DNA of 64,000 nt, taken from positions 8,928,001-8,992,000 of the forward strand of contig JBHGNT010000008.1 of NCBI GenBank assembly GCA_043228905.1, written 5' to 3'. Numbering within the stretch: the first letter of the stretch is position 1; each line of letters opens with the position of its first letter. The notes beneath the pieces are model-generated. The model was not told the origin of the DNA, did no database searches, and saw only the letters and a program-made list of their open reading frames with translations. The stretch comes from Azolla caroliniana. Lineage: Eukaryota > Plantae > Polypodiophyta. Shown piece by piece: positions 24,589 to 37,500 of this stretch. The position numbers were made by a program, and so were the translations under genes.

Positions 24589-24842
24589 CGAGGTCAATAC
24601 CTCGTTTGACATATTAATAATATGTGATGAGTGTCGTATGCGTACGAGGTTAATACCTCAATTACGTATTACGTTCACGAACATATGTTACGTTTGCGTA
24701 TGAGTTTAATACCATGATTTGTTGTAAACGATATGCGTTTGGTCTCGTATTCGTAAGAGGTCAATACCTCCATTGCGTATTATGATGATCTCTTATTTGT
24801 GGATGTTTCGTGTGCGTAGAGGTATATACCTCGATTACGTAT
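24589..24842 (+). repeat. Five regularly spaced GAGGT-NNNN-ACCTC stem-loops in the 5' leader of J
   Basis: Cores at 24590, 24646, 24702 (degenerate), 24757 and 24819; periods 56, 56, 55 and 62 bp. Confidence 0.8.
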
Positions 24843-26021
24843 CTCGATCACATCATTTGTGGCTATTTAATATAAGGATATGTTTAATATAGGCATATGT
24901 GGTCACATATATACATATTTGATCGTATATATGTGATAAGTAAACATATGTGTATATTCGTTATTACGTGATTATCTCGAAAGTTGTCCTTGTCGGGAAA
25001 AGGATGTTGGTGGCCGTCCTCACATTTTTGTGAGAATGGCGTTGTCACCATCCCTTTTTCAACATTTTTTTATTGTTGATAACCCCGTTGACGACCTCGA
25101 TTTCGTTACGTAAAGAAACGCGAATAGCCAAAATGATGTTGAGTACGTAGGGCTTGACCCACTTCAAGTGAGGTCGCTCCAATGACGCACGTATCCAACA
25201 TCCCTCCCTCGTCACATGGATACGATGCCACCATGAGCTCGTTCTTACGAGAGGCATTCGTAATGACGTGACCATGTGATGGCCCACGTGAGCCTACTAC
25301 GAAACGAGGGCTCATTTGGCTTGACCATTAGGTTGCCCTTTGGCATATGCCATCGTAATTACGAGACTTGAGGTTAGGTAACGTACCAACATAGTTTTGG
25401 TAAATGAGGGCGAAATAAGGACCTTGACATATATGTTCTTTTAAAAAAACATATATGATCAATTGCCTCGCATATCTCTTATACGCATCAAACATTAAGC
25501 ATTCGAGAAGAGCAACTTACTTGGTTGGCTCAAGTGTTTAATGTATTTGTTCTCGAGGTCTCGAGTTCAAATATTGACCAAGACCATACAACATCCTTGA
25601 TACATATGACTATAACACATGTTTAGACTTAAGGTCTAAGTGCACCTCGGGGTCCTCGTAATAGGACTTAAAGAGCCGAAACCACTTATGTGGGCACCGA
25701 AACATAGTTTATTGTTAACATTTTTTTTCGTGTATAAACTATTCATGACGCGAACATACATGGTTGAGCCTCGGGGAGCCACCATGAAAAAATCGATATA
25801 GAGATCAGGGAAAGACATTTATTTGTCACCCCCATGGTTTTTAAAACACCTTTGTGTTACCATAGTAACCTGATCTTGAACCTCATCTCATACGTCTAGA
25901 GGGGTATTGACGTGAGATAATGATATCGATTAATGCTCGCCCATGATATGTTTACATCACGACAAGATGTTATGACTATATCTCTGACCTTATCCTATTT
26001 CTTTTCCAGAAATAATCTTTA

Positions 26022-29000
26022 ATGGCTCAAATTAACGACCCGTTGTCATCCGCTCAAGCGGAAGGAACTCAAGGGAATCCTCCTGGACAAATGTCCACTG
26101 AGATGTATTTGGCACAAATAACCCAATACCTTAGTTTCACCGCTCAACAGATGACCGAACTTCGGCAATCTCAGAGTGCTCTTGAGGCACGTGTCATTAG
26201 TCTACAACGTGAGACTAATAGACCTGATGAGCGACAAGGTGAACCATCATTTGTCGTTAAGCCATTTACGGGAGACAAAAAGGAAAGAACCGAAGAAGCA
26301 ATCTGCACATGGCTGGGACGATGGGAGTCTCATTTTGAGCTCTATCCCACGCCAGATAGTACAAAGATTGCATATGTCGGCCGAGAACTCTGGGGTAAGG
26401 CCGCCGCCTGGTGGCGTGGCCTCCGTACTATGGGGAAATTGCCCAATACCTGGACAGATTTTGTCACAGTTTTTAAGGGCCAATTTCTGCAACCTCCCTC
26501 TCGAACCGAGGCAGCACAAGCTTTAATGAACCTCTCTAGCAGGAAATTTTCCTCGCTAGAGGACTATGTTCACCATGCTAGAACCCAAATCCAAAAATCG
26601 GGTCTAGAAGGGGACAATTGGTTGATAGCTTGTTTTGTCAATGGCATCCCCAATTCGGACTATCACTGGATAGTGCACGATAAGGATCCAAAATCCTTCG
26701 AAGAGGCCGTTGAAATAGTTCTTCGCTATCAACACACTTCGAAGAAGGACCATAACAAACCCAACGAAGCGCCCGGGACTAAGCAGTCGCAATTTGTTGG
26801 GAAACGCAAGACACCCAACGAATTCCTGGATCGCGATTGTAAGCGACAACATCCTTTTTGTGTATTCTGCAAAAAGAAGGGTCATACAAAAGATCAATGT
26901 CGAAAGCTCCAACGGAAAGAGCACGACAACAAAGCTAAAGCTGCAAACCATAAAGGTCAGATTCCTAATGTCCTTCAGGTCTATACACACCATTTAAGTA
27001 ATTGTCAATGTTCTTTTCCTCACTATGTATTGGGTCCCAATGATTTACTACGTGCAAATGGGTATATCAATGGATCTCCCGTACAATTTTTATTTGATTC
27101 GGGAAGCTCACACAATTTTGTGAATGATCGTTTGGTTCAGATATGGGGAATCCAACCCACCGTAAGTGATCACACCTACACGGTGCACTTGGCTGATGGA
27201 AGAGTACAATACATCAACGGGGTGATTCATTCATTAGGAATTTCTATTGATACTTATATAGAGGAAGTAGACTTCCATGTAATGAATCTTTGTACCACCG
27301 ATGTAATACTGGGTTATCCCTGGTTTTATAATAAAAACTCTTCTTTATTGATTGATTGGGTTCGTCATTCCATTTCTTTTGTACTGAACGATTGTACGCA
27401 TTTTATTCAATGTGTAAAAAAACAATCCCTCTCGATTGTTTCCTCGTGTCCATCAATATCCGAGTTGTCTTGTTCTACGTTATTTTATTGTGTACTTGAT
27501 CCGGACATTCACGTTTACAATATCGATAATGTCCCGATTCAATTAACATATTTTGAACAACAACAACTTGATGAAATCTTAAATGATTTTCATGATGTTT
27601 TTCCAAGTGAACTACCTGATGGGTTACCTCCTAAACGTAATATAGACCATCGTATAGATATTGTACCTGGTGTTGCACCAATAAGTATACCTCCGTATCG
27701 CTTAAGTCGATCCGAAGAAGATGAGGTATCTAAGCAACTCAAGGACTATTTACAAATGGGTTATATACGTTATAGTAAATCTCCATGGGGTGCACCAGTT
27801 CTCTTGGTTAAAAAGAAAGAGGGCACATGGCGTATGTGTATTAATTACCGACGCTTGAATAAAGTGACGATCAAGAATTCGTATCCATTGCCCCGGGCTG
27901 ACGATCTAATTGACCGTCACCAGGGAGCTCGGTATTTTACGAAACTTGATCTCCGTACTGGCTACCATCAAATACGAATAAGTGAGGACGATGTTCCTAA
28001 AACGGCATTTCGTACGTGCTATGGCCATTATGAGTTTTTGGTTATGCCTTTTGGTTTGACCAATTGATGCTCCGGCTACTTTTCAACAAGAAATGAATGA
28101 CATTTTCCGAGAACAACTTGGAAAATTTGTCGTTATTTTCTTGGATGATATTTTAGTTTATAGCTGTACATTACAAGAACATGCTAGACATGTCCGCTTT
28201 GTTTTACAAACATTGCGTGACAAACAGTTTTATGCGAAGATCTCAAAATGTGAGTTCTTCAAGAAATCAATTACTTATCTAGGACATCTCATAACCGAAC
28301 GAGGAGTTGAAATTGATCCTTCTCGCATTGAGAAAATCAAGCTTTGGCCCACTCTTCGGAATATTCGAGAAGTTCGATCATTCCTTGGTTTTGTGGGGTT
28401 TTTGCGAAAGTCTCTTCGTAATTACTCCCAATTGACGACGCCATTTACTGATCTTTTAAAAGGTCAAACGCGTAAGTCTACAAAACCTATTGTGTGGAAT
28501 GCTACACTAGACCTTTCCTTTAAGGAACTCAAGGACCTGGTTTGCAAGGCTCCTTCACTTCTTTTACCCGATCCTTCAAAACCTTTTGAGGTTGAAACCG
28601 ATGCAAGCGATTATGCTATAGGTGCTGTCTTGTATCAAGATGGTAAACCAATAGCATTCGAGAGTAAGAAACTTGATTCTGCTCAATGTCGGTATACCGT
28701 TCAAGAAAAGGAATTATTTGCAGTTATACATGCGCTCAAAACATGGCGCCATTATCTTTATGGAAATCACTTTGTGGTAACTACGGACCACGAGTCCTTG
28801 AAATATTTTTGTGACCAACAAGACTTGAAAGGTCGTAAGGCACGATGGGCTGATCTCATCCAGGACTTTGATTTTTCCATACGATATCGTAAAGGTTCCA
28901 TGAACACTGTCGCTGATGCACTAAGTCGCATCCGTGAAGTTAACATGCTTAGCTTCACTGAAATATCATCAGATCTTTATGATCACCTTCGAGGAAAGTA

Positions 29001-30461
29001 TCCTGATGACAGTTATTTCGGAAAATACTGGGCAAGAGTTGAGTCTGGAACAGACACCACCACATCCTCGAAGGAATACTTCCACATTGCTAACGGTTTG
29101 CTCTACCGTAATGGGAAGGTTTGTGTTCCAGATTTACCCGAGGTCAAAAAGAGGATTCTTTTTTAATGCCATGATGCACCCTCAGCAGGGCACCCTAGAA
29201 TACATCGTACACTCGTTCTCATCTCCACTCAATTTTATTGGCCTAAGATGCGTCCTGACATACATAGCTATGTGACTATATGTCACCAGTGTCAGGTTAA
29301 CAAAGCCGAGCGACTTAAAGCTGCAGGACTTTTACATCCCTTGGACATTCCCAATAATAAGTGGGAAAGTATATCCATGGATTTTATTGTTAGCCTTCCT
29401 CGCACCCAAAAAGGTCATGATGCCATCTGGGTTGTCGTTGATCGACTAACTAAAATGGCCAGATTTATTGCTACTAAAACCACGGTAACAGCTCCTGAAT
29501 TGGCTTACCAATTCATTGACGAATTGTTTCGTTTTTATGGGTTACCGATGGATATCGTGAGTGATCGAGATCCAAAGTTTACTAGTGACTTCTGGACACA
29601 AGTCTTTAAGAAGTTAGAAACTACGTTGAGCATGAGCTCCACGGATCATCCTCAATCCGATGGACAGACAGAACGAGTAAATCAAATTATTGAGGACATG
29701 CTTCGAGCATACGTTGGTGCAAAACCAACAAAATGGGAACGTTATCTCCCAATTTTGGAGTTTGCTTATAACAGCTCCAAGCATACGTCGACGGGATATA
29801 TAGTCCTTTTATGTTGATGTATGGTTTTCAGCCACGAGCCCCGATTGATGTTACTATACATCATGATGAGTTGCGAAGTACGCAAAACTTTCTTCGGGAT
29901 ATGCAAGATATGTTGCATATTGCACGAGATAATATAAAAACAGCTCAAGATAGAGCACGTTTTTATGCCGATCATCATAGGCAACCTCGTGTATTCAACC
30001 CTGGACAGAAGGTATTTTTACGTGTACCTCACAATTCTAAGACACTGTCTACGGGTAAGTGCGCTAAGTTAGCCCCACGGTTTTGTGGACCTTTTACAGT
30101 CCTCAAACGCATTGGGTCATCAGCCTATCGTCTCGCTCTTCCCGATGGTGTTGGAATTCATCCAGTCTTTCATGTGAGTCGTCTAAAAGAACTTCTAGGT
30201 TCTGGCGACAATACAGTTACGACTGAAACTCTGGTTACTTCTGAAGAATTATCTTCTAAACCACATGTACCAGAAAGAATTCTCGATGTTAAAACAAAAA
30301 AATTACGTACTAAAGAAATCCGAGAATTTAAAATAAAATGGATGGATAAATCAATAAAAGGTGCCACATGGGAACGCGAAACTACTCTTAGAACTAACTT
30401 CCCTAACTTTCTATTGCAAGAGTGCAATGTTTTAAAGAGGGGGAGTATGTTACGAGCATGA
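26022..30461 (+). pseudogene. Element J gag-pol with C-terminal chromodomain; frameshifts near 28065 and 29800 and a stop at 29164
   Basis: [14 protein letters not shown]; [10 protein letters not shown]; [24 protein letters not shown]; ETDASDYAIG; SMDFIVSLP; GPF motif; chromodomain-like PERILD..EFKIKW..ATWE. Confidence 0.92.
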
Positions 30462-33400
30462 CCATATAATATCCCGTGGTAAGAATTTACCGTAGTATTC
30501 TATACACGTGGATAAGTGTGAGGGTTAAACGAGGGTGTAAAGAAGGGGAGGATTACTTTTAATCCTCGGGATTGAGACAACCCATTAGGTCAAGTGTGAA
30601 CTTGCCTGGGGGCCTTGGGTATCGCTATAAATAAGAGGCCTAGCTACCCTCATTTTATCATCTTTTGACTACATCGAGACTCTACTCGTGTGGTGGGTCA
30701 ACTCTTGTAGCGAGCGCGCCAGCACCAGGTACGACTCGACGCCACGGCGGTGGTATGGGACGCCGATCGAGGCTCGAGTCCGTCTCGATCCCTTCGCTCG
30801 GGGGTGGTCGGGTGGATCGGCACCCTTCTTTCTCTTTCTCCTTTCTATCTATCTTTTCATTATCCTTATCTTAAGCTTACGTTAGTACCAAGATCTATAA
30901 TAGAGAACGACAGAGAAGAAGAGCTCGGTCCCAGTCCAACAACACTTCGTCCCCTCTCGTCCCCCTCTAGCCCCCGTCTCCCTCTCTTTTATAGCTCAAG
31001 GAGGGAGGCCGTTGACCCGTTTACATCACATTAATTTTCTGTCCTTTCGAACAGAGATACTCCTCGATTCTCCCTATAGAATATTGCTACCTAGGATTCG
31101 ACTTTTGTGCCTACCTATCTACTATACAACAAGGGGCGTGCCCACGTGTAAGGGCCGGTTCACACACGCTATACACGGTTTGCGCCTGGGGATGGTTTTC
31201 TTCACGACACCGTGTCGGTATAACAGTCCCCGGTCCTTCGTGCCACTCAGATATTGTAATGGTCGATGCATGTATTGAAGGTGCTCCACGGTCGGCTTCT
31301 AGATAAACTGGTTGATCACCCCGACTGGATAACTGATGTCGGGTTGGGTGATTGTCAAGTATATAAGGCTTCCGACAATTTGTCGGAACTGTTTCTCATC
31401 GTAGGTCGGGCCGGAGTCGGGACGTAGCTTCAAGTTCCGGTCCAAGGGTGTGGAGATCGGTCGGCCTTCCGTCATGCCGAACTTGTACAACATATTCAGC
31501 ACATAGTGTCTTTGTGAGAGCAATATGCCATTGGGGGTCTAGATCACTTCGATCCCAAGAAAATAATGAAGGTCCCCCCTGGTCCATCATTTCAAATGCG
31601 TCCGACAACTAGGACTTCACTCTGCCGATTTCATCCAGCCCGGTTCCGGTGATAACTAAATCATCAACATATAACAAGATACAAACCGGACCGTCTGGAC
31701 CTTTCCAGATGAATAGTGACAAGTTGGACTTTGAGGCCGCAAACCCCATCTTACACAATCGATGTGTGATCTTCGCATTCCAAGCTTAGGGGGCTTGCTT
31801 TAGACCGTAAAGCGACTTCTTGAGTGGGCATACTGCCGACTTGTTCATTTCCAATTGGAATCCGGGGGGTTGGATCATATAGACCCATTCTTCAAGGTCA
31901 CCTTGAAGAAACACATTCTTCACGTTCATTTGGTGAAGATGCCATCCCTTTGCCACAACAACAACTAGTACCACACGAACCGTCGCCATCTTCACTACCG
32001 GAGCGAAGGTCTCATTGTAGTCGATTCCATGGGTCTGTGCGTATCCCTTTGCCACTAACCGGGCCTTGTACCGGTTGACGGAATCGTCAGCATTGTACTT
32101 CACCTTATATACTCATTTGCAACCAATTGGTTTACAATGTTGGGGAGGGTCAACCAGGTCCCATGTGTCGTTGGCATCAAGTGCCCGCATTTCTTCCTCC
32201 ATAGCAGCACGCCAATTTGCGTCTTTTGTTGCTTCTGCGTAGCTCTCTGGCTCACACACTTCCACCACCTTAGTCATGTATGCATAATGCGCCATGTACT
32301 CATTGTCCCCGTACCTCTGAACGGGGTTCTTCTGGCGGATTGAGCGGCGTAACTTTTCGTTAGCCGGTTTGAGGCCCTTCTTGGTCGCTACGGACTTTGT
32401 TTCTGAAGTTCCGCCTACTTCCTTTCCGGGGTCAGATTTGTTCCAATCCGACGCTTCACTGCCGGTATCGTATTCCGGCATCTTCTTCTTCCCCTTCTCT
32501 TTGCGCGTGAACCGTCTCCTCGGTTCATTGCACGGGGGGAACACGATAGAGTCTCCACTACTCACCGGTTCTTCATCCGATTGGTCATCTCGACTCAGCC
32601 GCTCATTTGGTCCACTTAACCAGAATCAGATCGGACTCTCATCTAGAGTACTGAATCCTTCATCTTCTTCATAAACCTCTCCGGGTTCACTAACCTCATC
32701 CTCTGGAATCGGGTCTTCGTCGGGAGTTGGAGTCGATAGGGAGTACCATGATGCCGACTCATCAAACTCGACATCTCGACTTACTCGTACCTGTTTAGTC
32801 CAGGGGTTATAACAGTTATACCCCTCTTGTTCATGCGAGTAGTTGACGAGTATGAACTTCTCTGATTTCGGATCCAACACTTTATCTTCCTCTCCATTTC
32901 CCTTTCGACTAAGCTTTATTATGGTTCCGGTTTCATTCGGTGGGGAATGGAAACCGGTGTTGCTTCCCAAGTTGGTAGGCTTCACATATTTGGGCCTTCC
33001 GGCCACTAAACTTCAGCAATCCGAACACAACTTATTTCGATTGCAGATCTTGAAGCCTCCGGTAGTTGACGTGGCCGATCTGTTTATGCCAGAGATCAAT
33101 GTCTGATTCAATCTTCTGTCCTTTGGCAAACATGGCGGTGCCGACGTCATTTGTGTTGAGGATGAACATCCTCCCTTCCCTGCGCCCTTGCGCGATTATC
33201 CGGCCTTCTTCCGCGATGAGGCACCCAAGGTGCGTAAACCGCACTTGCATTCCCTGGTCCTTGATTTCTTCGACCGACACCAGGTTCTTTGTGATTGTTG
33301 GAACATGTAGTACGTTCATCAACTTTCCCTTTTGTCCAACATGGCTTAAAGGAACTTCTCCGACATGCACAATCACGATTCTCAGTTGTTCTAGTTTCTC

Positions 33401-34522
33401 CAAAAACGAGAACCACTCTTCGTGGCTCGTCATGTGGTTTGACGCTCCGGAATCAACATATCATACTTCCTCCAATCCGGAGGTGGTCTTCTTCATCGAG
33501 TTCGCCTTGTGCTTCATGACAAAGGTTGGCCCTTTTCCGCTCTTCCCGGTTCTGGATCCTTTCGATCCTTTTGCGTAGTGCGAGCTTTGCCGGTTCCCTC
33601 GTCCGGCCTTGCCGGATCCGGATTTATCCGAATCGGTACGCTTCTTCCAACACTCGCTCTCTCTGTGACCTTTCTTGTCATAGTACCAACATTTCGTGTC
33701 AGTTTTAGATTGTCGGTTTCCGGCTCCGACTTGACTCCCCCTACTTGTGGAGGGTCTAGAACTGCTTGCGGCACCGTCTCTGTGCCTTCGATTCTGCTCT
33801 TGCCTGCCGCCTCCATTGCGTGCCGACCCACCTTGTCCTCCATGCCCACGGGGTTGATCCGCCTCCATGTACAACATCCGGCTGTCCGATTGATCACGTG
33901 GTTTTCTTCGACCATCAACATGGATTGTAAGTCGAAGAAGGATGGTGGCTTCTCCTAGGTGCAAATTGCCGTCCGAATAGGCATGTACCGTTGTGTGAGA
34001 CCACCAAGACAGTTCTAGACCATCTCGTCTTCTTCCACCGTTATGTTGATGGATCCGAGTGCATTGAAGATCTCCTTAATCTTGGTGGTGTAGTCCGTAA
34101 CCGACATATCTCTCTGTCGGATGTTGTTCAGCCCTTGCCGGAGCTGCAACTTATGGGTTGTGGTACTTGCGGCGAAAATCTTCTGTAGATTTTCCTAGGC
34201 CTCCTTTGGCATTTTTGCATCCTTGATGTAGCCGAGCATCTGATCGTGCACACAAGACGCGAAGCAGTACAATACTCGGCTCGCTCCTTGCTCCCATGAC
34301 GGGAAGTCTTTCTGTGTTGGCTCTGGTGCTACCTCGTTGGTTCCTTCCACATTACTCCAATATCCATGCCCCAGCAGGTATTGGTGCATTTTATATGACC
34401 AGGATGCATATTTGATCCAATCGAGCTTTTCTGTGAGAAGCGAACTTGCCATACCTCTATCCATTTCGGTTCTCTACTGTTCTTCACCGGGTGTTAGGGT
34501 TTGTCTTTGAAAGCATCTGTTG

Positions 34523-37500
34523 TGTTGAGAGACAAGCTCAACATCGGCCGGATCGGCTGAAGAAGCCGAGGACCGGATCGGTTGGGACCGATCGGTTAGG
34601 CCGAGTGCGTAAACCGAGAGGCCGTTAGGAAAGATATTACGTGAGGAATATATTTGGGAGTTAGTGTAGGAGCTCTTAATGAGTATTGAAGTATTGTCAG
34701 TACTTCGGTCAGTCCTTCTAGGACTTGTATAGAAGTGTTCATTGAACACACATATGTATAGAGTGTGGTGAATAGAGATTGGGTTGTTGTTGTTGGTGAA
34801 TATAGTTTGTGTGTTTTCTCTCTCTCTCTCTCTCACTCTCTTTGTCTCTCCCGTGTATACTACATAAGCTCAAGCTCTCCATTGAACCTGAGTTTTCTTC
34901 CCCCTATTCGGTCTTCACACTTGCTTCCACACGTTACTTTTTACATGGTATCAGAGCGCGAGGGTTGAGAACCTCTCTGCAGCCGACACAGCTTGACGAA
35001 GAAGAACAAGAAGAACGATGGATAGAGGCATGACGAGCTCGCTTCCAACAGAGAAGCTCGCCAGAACCAACTACGCGTCTTGGTCCTACAAGATGCACCA
35101 GTACCTGCTCGGGCACGGCTACTGGAGTTATGTCGAAGGAGCTAATGACGCCGCACCCGAATCGACACACAAAGACTTCCCGTCGTGGGAGCAATCAGCG
35201 AGCAGGGTATTATACTGCTTCGCGTCGTGTGTGGGCGAACAGCTATTGATCTATGTTCAGGATGCAAAGACGCCGAAGGGTGCGTGGGAAAATCTGAAGA
35301 AGATTTTTGCCGCGAGCACCACAGCCAGGAAGCTTCAGCTACGATAGGAGTTGAGCAACCTACGACAACGCGACTTGTCGGTGGCGGACTATACCTCGAA
35401 GATCAAGGATATTTGCGACTCCCTCGCCTCCATAGAGGTGAACATCGAGGAGAGCGAGATGGTCCAAATCTGTCTCGGAGGTTTGGCGTCGAAGTTCGGA
35501 GCGTTCCAAACGGCTGTGTGTACCCGGGAGAATACGCCGTCCTTTTTCGACTTACAGTCAATGCTCCTGGTAGAGGAAAACCATGCGGGTGCGTCTACAA
35601 GCATGCACACCGATAGCAGAATGTTGTACACGGAGGGAGATAGGCCCCGTGGACGTGGAGGACGAGGCAGGTCGGCGCGCAATGGAGGTGGCCGATGAGA
35701 TCAAAGAAGAAGACACCGAAGTGATGCCGACAGCAACTCTGGACCCTCCGGAAACAGGGGGAGTCGAAGCGATGAGAACCGGCAAGGGAAGGCCATCGCG
35801 GAGTGCTGGTACTGTGGCAAGAAAGGCTATAGGGAAAGTGAGTGTTGGAAGAAGCACGCTGATTCGGAGAGAACCGATTCCGGAAACGGCTCTGGACATA
35901 CCGACAAGGGAAATCGGCAGCGATCGCACTACGCCGAGGACTCTGGGAGAGCCGGAGAAGGGTCTGCCTTCGTGACGAGACACGAAGCAAACTCAATGAA
36001 ACAGACCACCCCGAGATCAGACGAGGTGTGGTACGTAGATTCTAGAGCGTCAAACCACATGACGAGCCATAAGGAGTGGTTCTCGTACCTTGAAAAACCA
36101 ATACAACCTGGAGTAGTCGCAACTGGAGACGACACTCCGCATCCGATCGCGAATGTCGGAGAAGTTCCCCTTAGCCATTTTGGGCAGAAAAGGAAACTCA
36201 TGAGCGTGTTGCACGTTCCGACAATCACGAAGAACTTGGTCTCGGTCGGACAGATCGTCGACCAAGGGATGGAGGTTTGGTTTACACACCTCGGGTGCTT
36301 CATTGAGGAAGAAGGCCATGTGATTGCGCAAGGGCGCAAAGATGGGAGGATGTTCATCCTCGACTCCACTGATGGTGGCACCGCAACATTCGCAAAGGGA
36401 CAAAAATCTGAGTCAGACATCGACTTGTGGCACAAGCGGATAGGCCACGTCAACTACCAGCGGCTTCAAGATCTGCAATCGAAACAGGTAGTGTTCTGAT
36501 TGCCCAAATTTAGTGGCCGAAAGGCACAAATTTGTGAAGCCTGCCAGCTCGGGAAGCAACACCGACTTCCTTTCCCCAACGAGCAAAACCGGAGATGGAA
36601 TAAGCTCGACCTTATACACTCCGATGTATGGGGGCCGGCACAAAACGTTAGTCTTGGCGAGAGCCGATATTTCGTCTCCTTCATCGACGACCACACGCGG
36701 CACACATGGATCTACCTCATTGAGAGGAAGAGCAAAGTCTTCAACTATTTCCGGGACCTCAAAGGGTTCGTGGAAACGGAAACGGGACGAAAGATCAAGT
36801 GCCTGTGGTCGGATGGCGGGAAAGAGTACTTTTCTGGTAAATTCAACGGTTATCTAAAACAAATGGGAATTCGGCGCGAATTCAGTTGTAGATACACGCC
36901 AGAGCAGAACGGCGTGGCCGAGAGGAAGAATCAGTCAGTTGTGGAAGCGGCACGGGCAATGTTGGAGGAGAAGAGCTTGCCCAAGTTCTACTGGGCCGAG
37001 GAGGTAAGGACCGCGGTATACATCTAGAACCGGATCGGAGACAAAGTGTCGGCGCACGAGCTATATTTCGGAACAAAGCCGAACTTGCGACACTTGAGGA
37101 TGTTCGGTAGCATTGCGTATGTGCATGTACCGAAGGAGAAAAGGAGGAAGCTGGACACAAAGGCCGAGAAATGCATCTTGGTCGGTTACCCGGACGAGCA
37201 GAAGGGTTATAAGTGCTATAACCCTCGCACCAAACAAGCGCGTGTTAGCCGCGACGTTGTGTTTGACGAGTCCGCGTCCTGGTACCAGCCCCCGACTCCG
37301 AACCCCGACTCCAATCCGAGCTCTGACGATGAGGTCAGCAAGGCCGAGATGCCTCCGGATGAGCCCGAAATCGAGACCCACAAAGAGAGTCCGATTTCAC
37401 TCCGTTTAAGTGGACCGATTGGACGACTGAGTCGGTACGACCAGTCCAATGAAGAGCTGGCGAGTAGTGGAGACTCGGCCGTGCATTCCCCGCGCAGGAA

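Larger units (their letters stand above)
23879..30902 (+). mobile_element. Ty3/gypsy chromovirus J inserted in the 5' LTR of A (LTRs 23879-24333 and 30448-30902; TSD GAGAA)
   Basis: 455-bp LTRs with ~5 differences, both TG...TA. GAGAA at 23874-78 and 30903-07. PBS TGGTATCAGA at 24336-45; PPT AAAGAGGGGGAG before 30448. Confidence 0.95.
1626..31209 (-). mobile_element. Ty3/gypsy non-chromovirus element A (LTRs 1626-2307 and 23499-31209, the latter split by J); 4-bp TSD CCGT
   Basis: ~682-bp LTR pair (TG..CA), ~97% identical by eye. CCGT at 1622-1625 and 31210-31213. PBS at 23474-23491. G-rich PPT (GGTTAGGTGGGGGCGGA on minus) at 2308-2324. gag, PR (ALVDHGSEIN), RT (LPQGGTNS, PFLDNV), RH and INT all on the minus strand. 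Confidence 0.92.

Noticed and set aside
24589-24842. CRISPR array (palindromic repeats with variable spacers)
   Set aside because: Repeat core is only 14 bp and degenerate, it lies inside a plant retrotransposon leader, and there are no cas genes; eukaryotic context.
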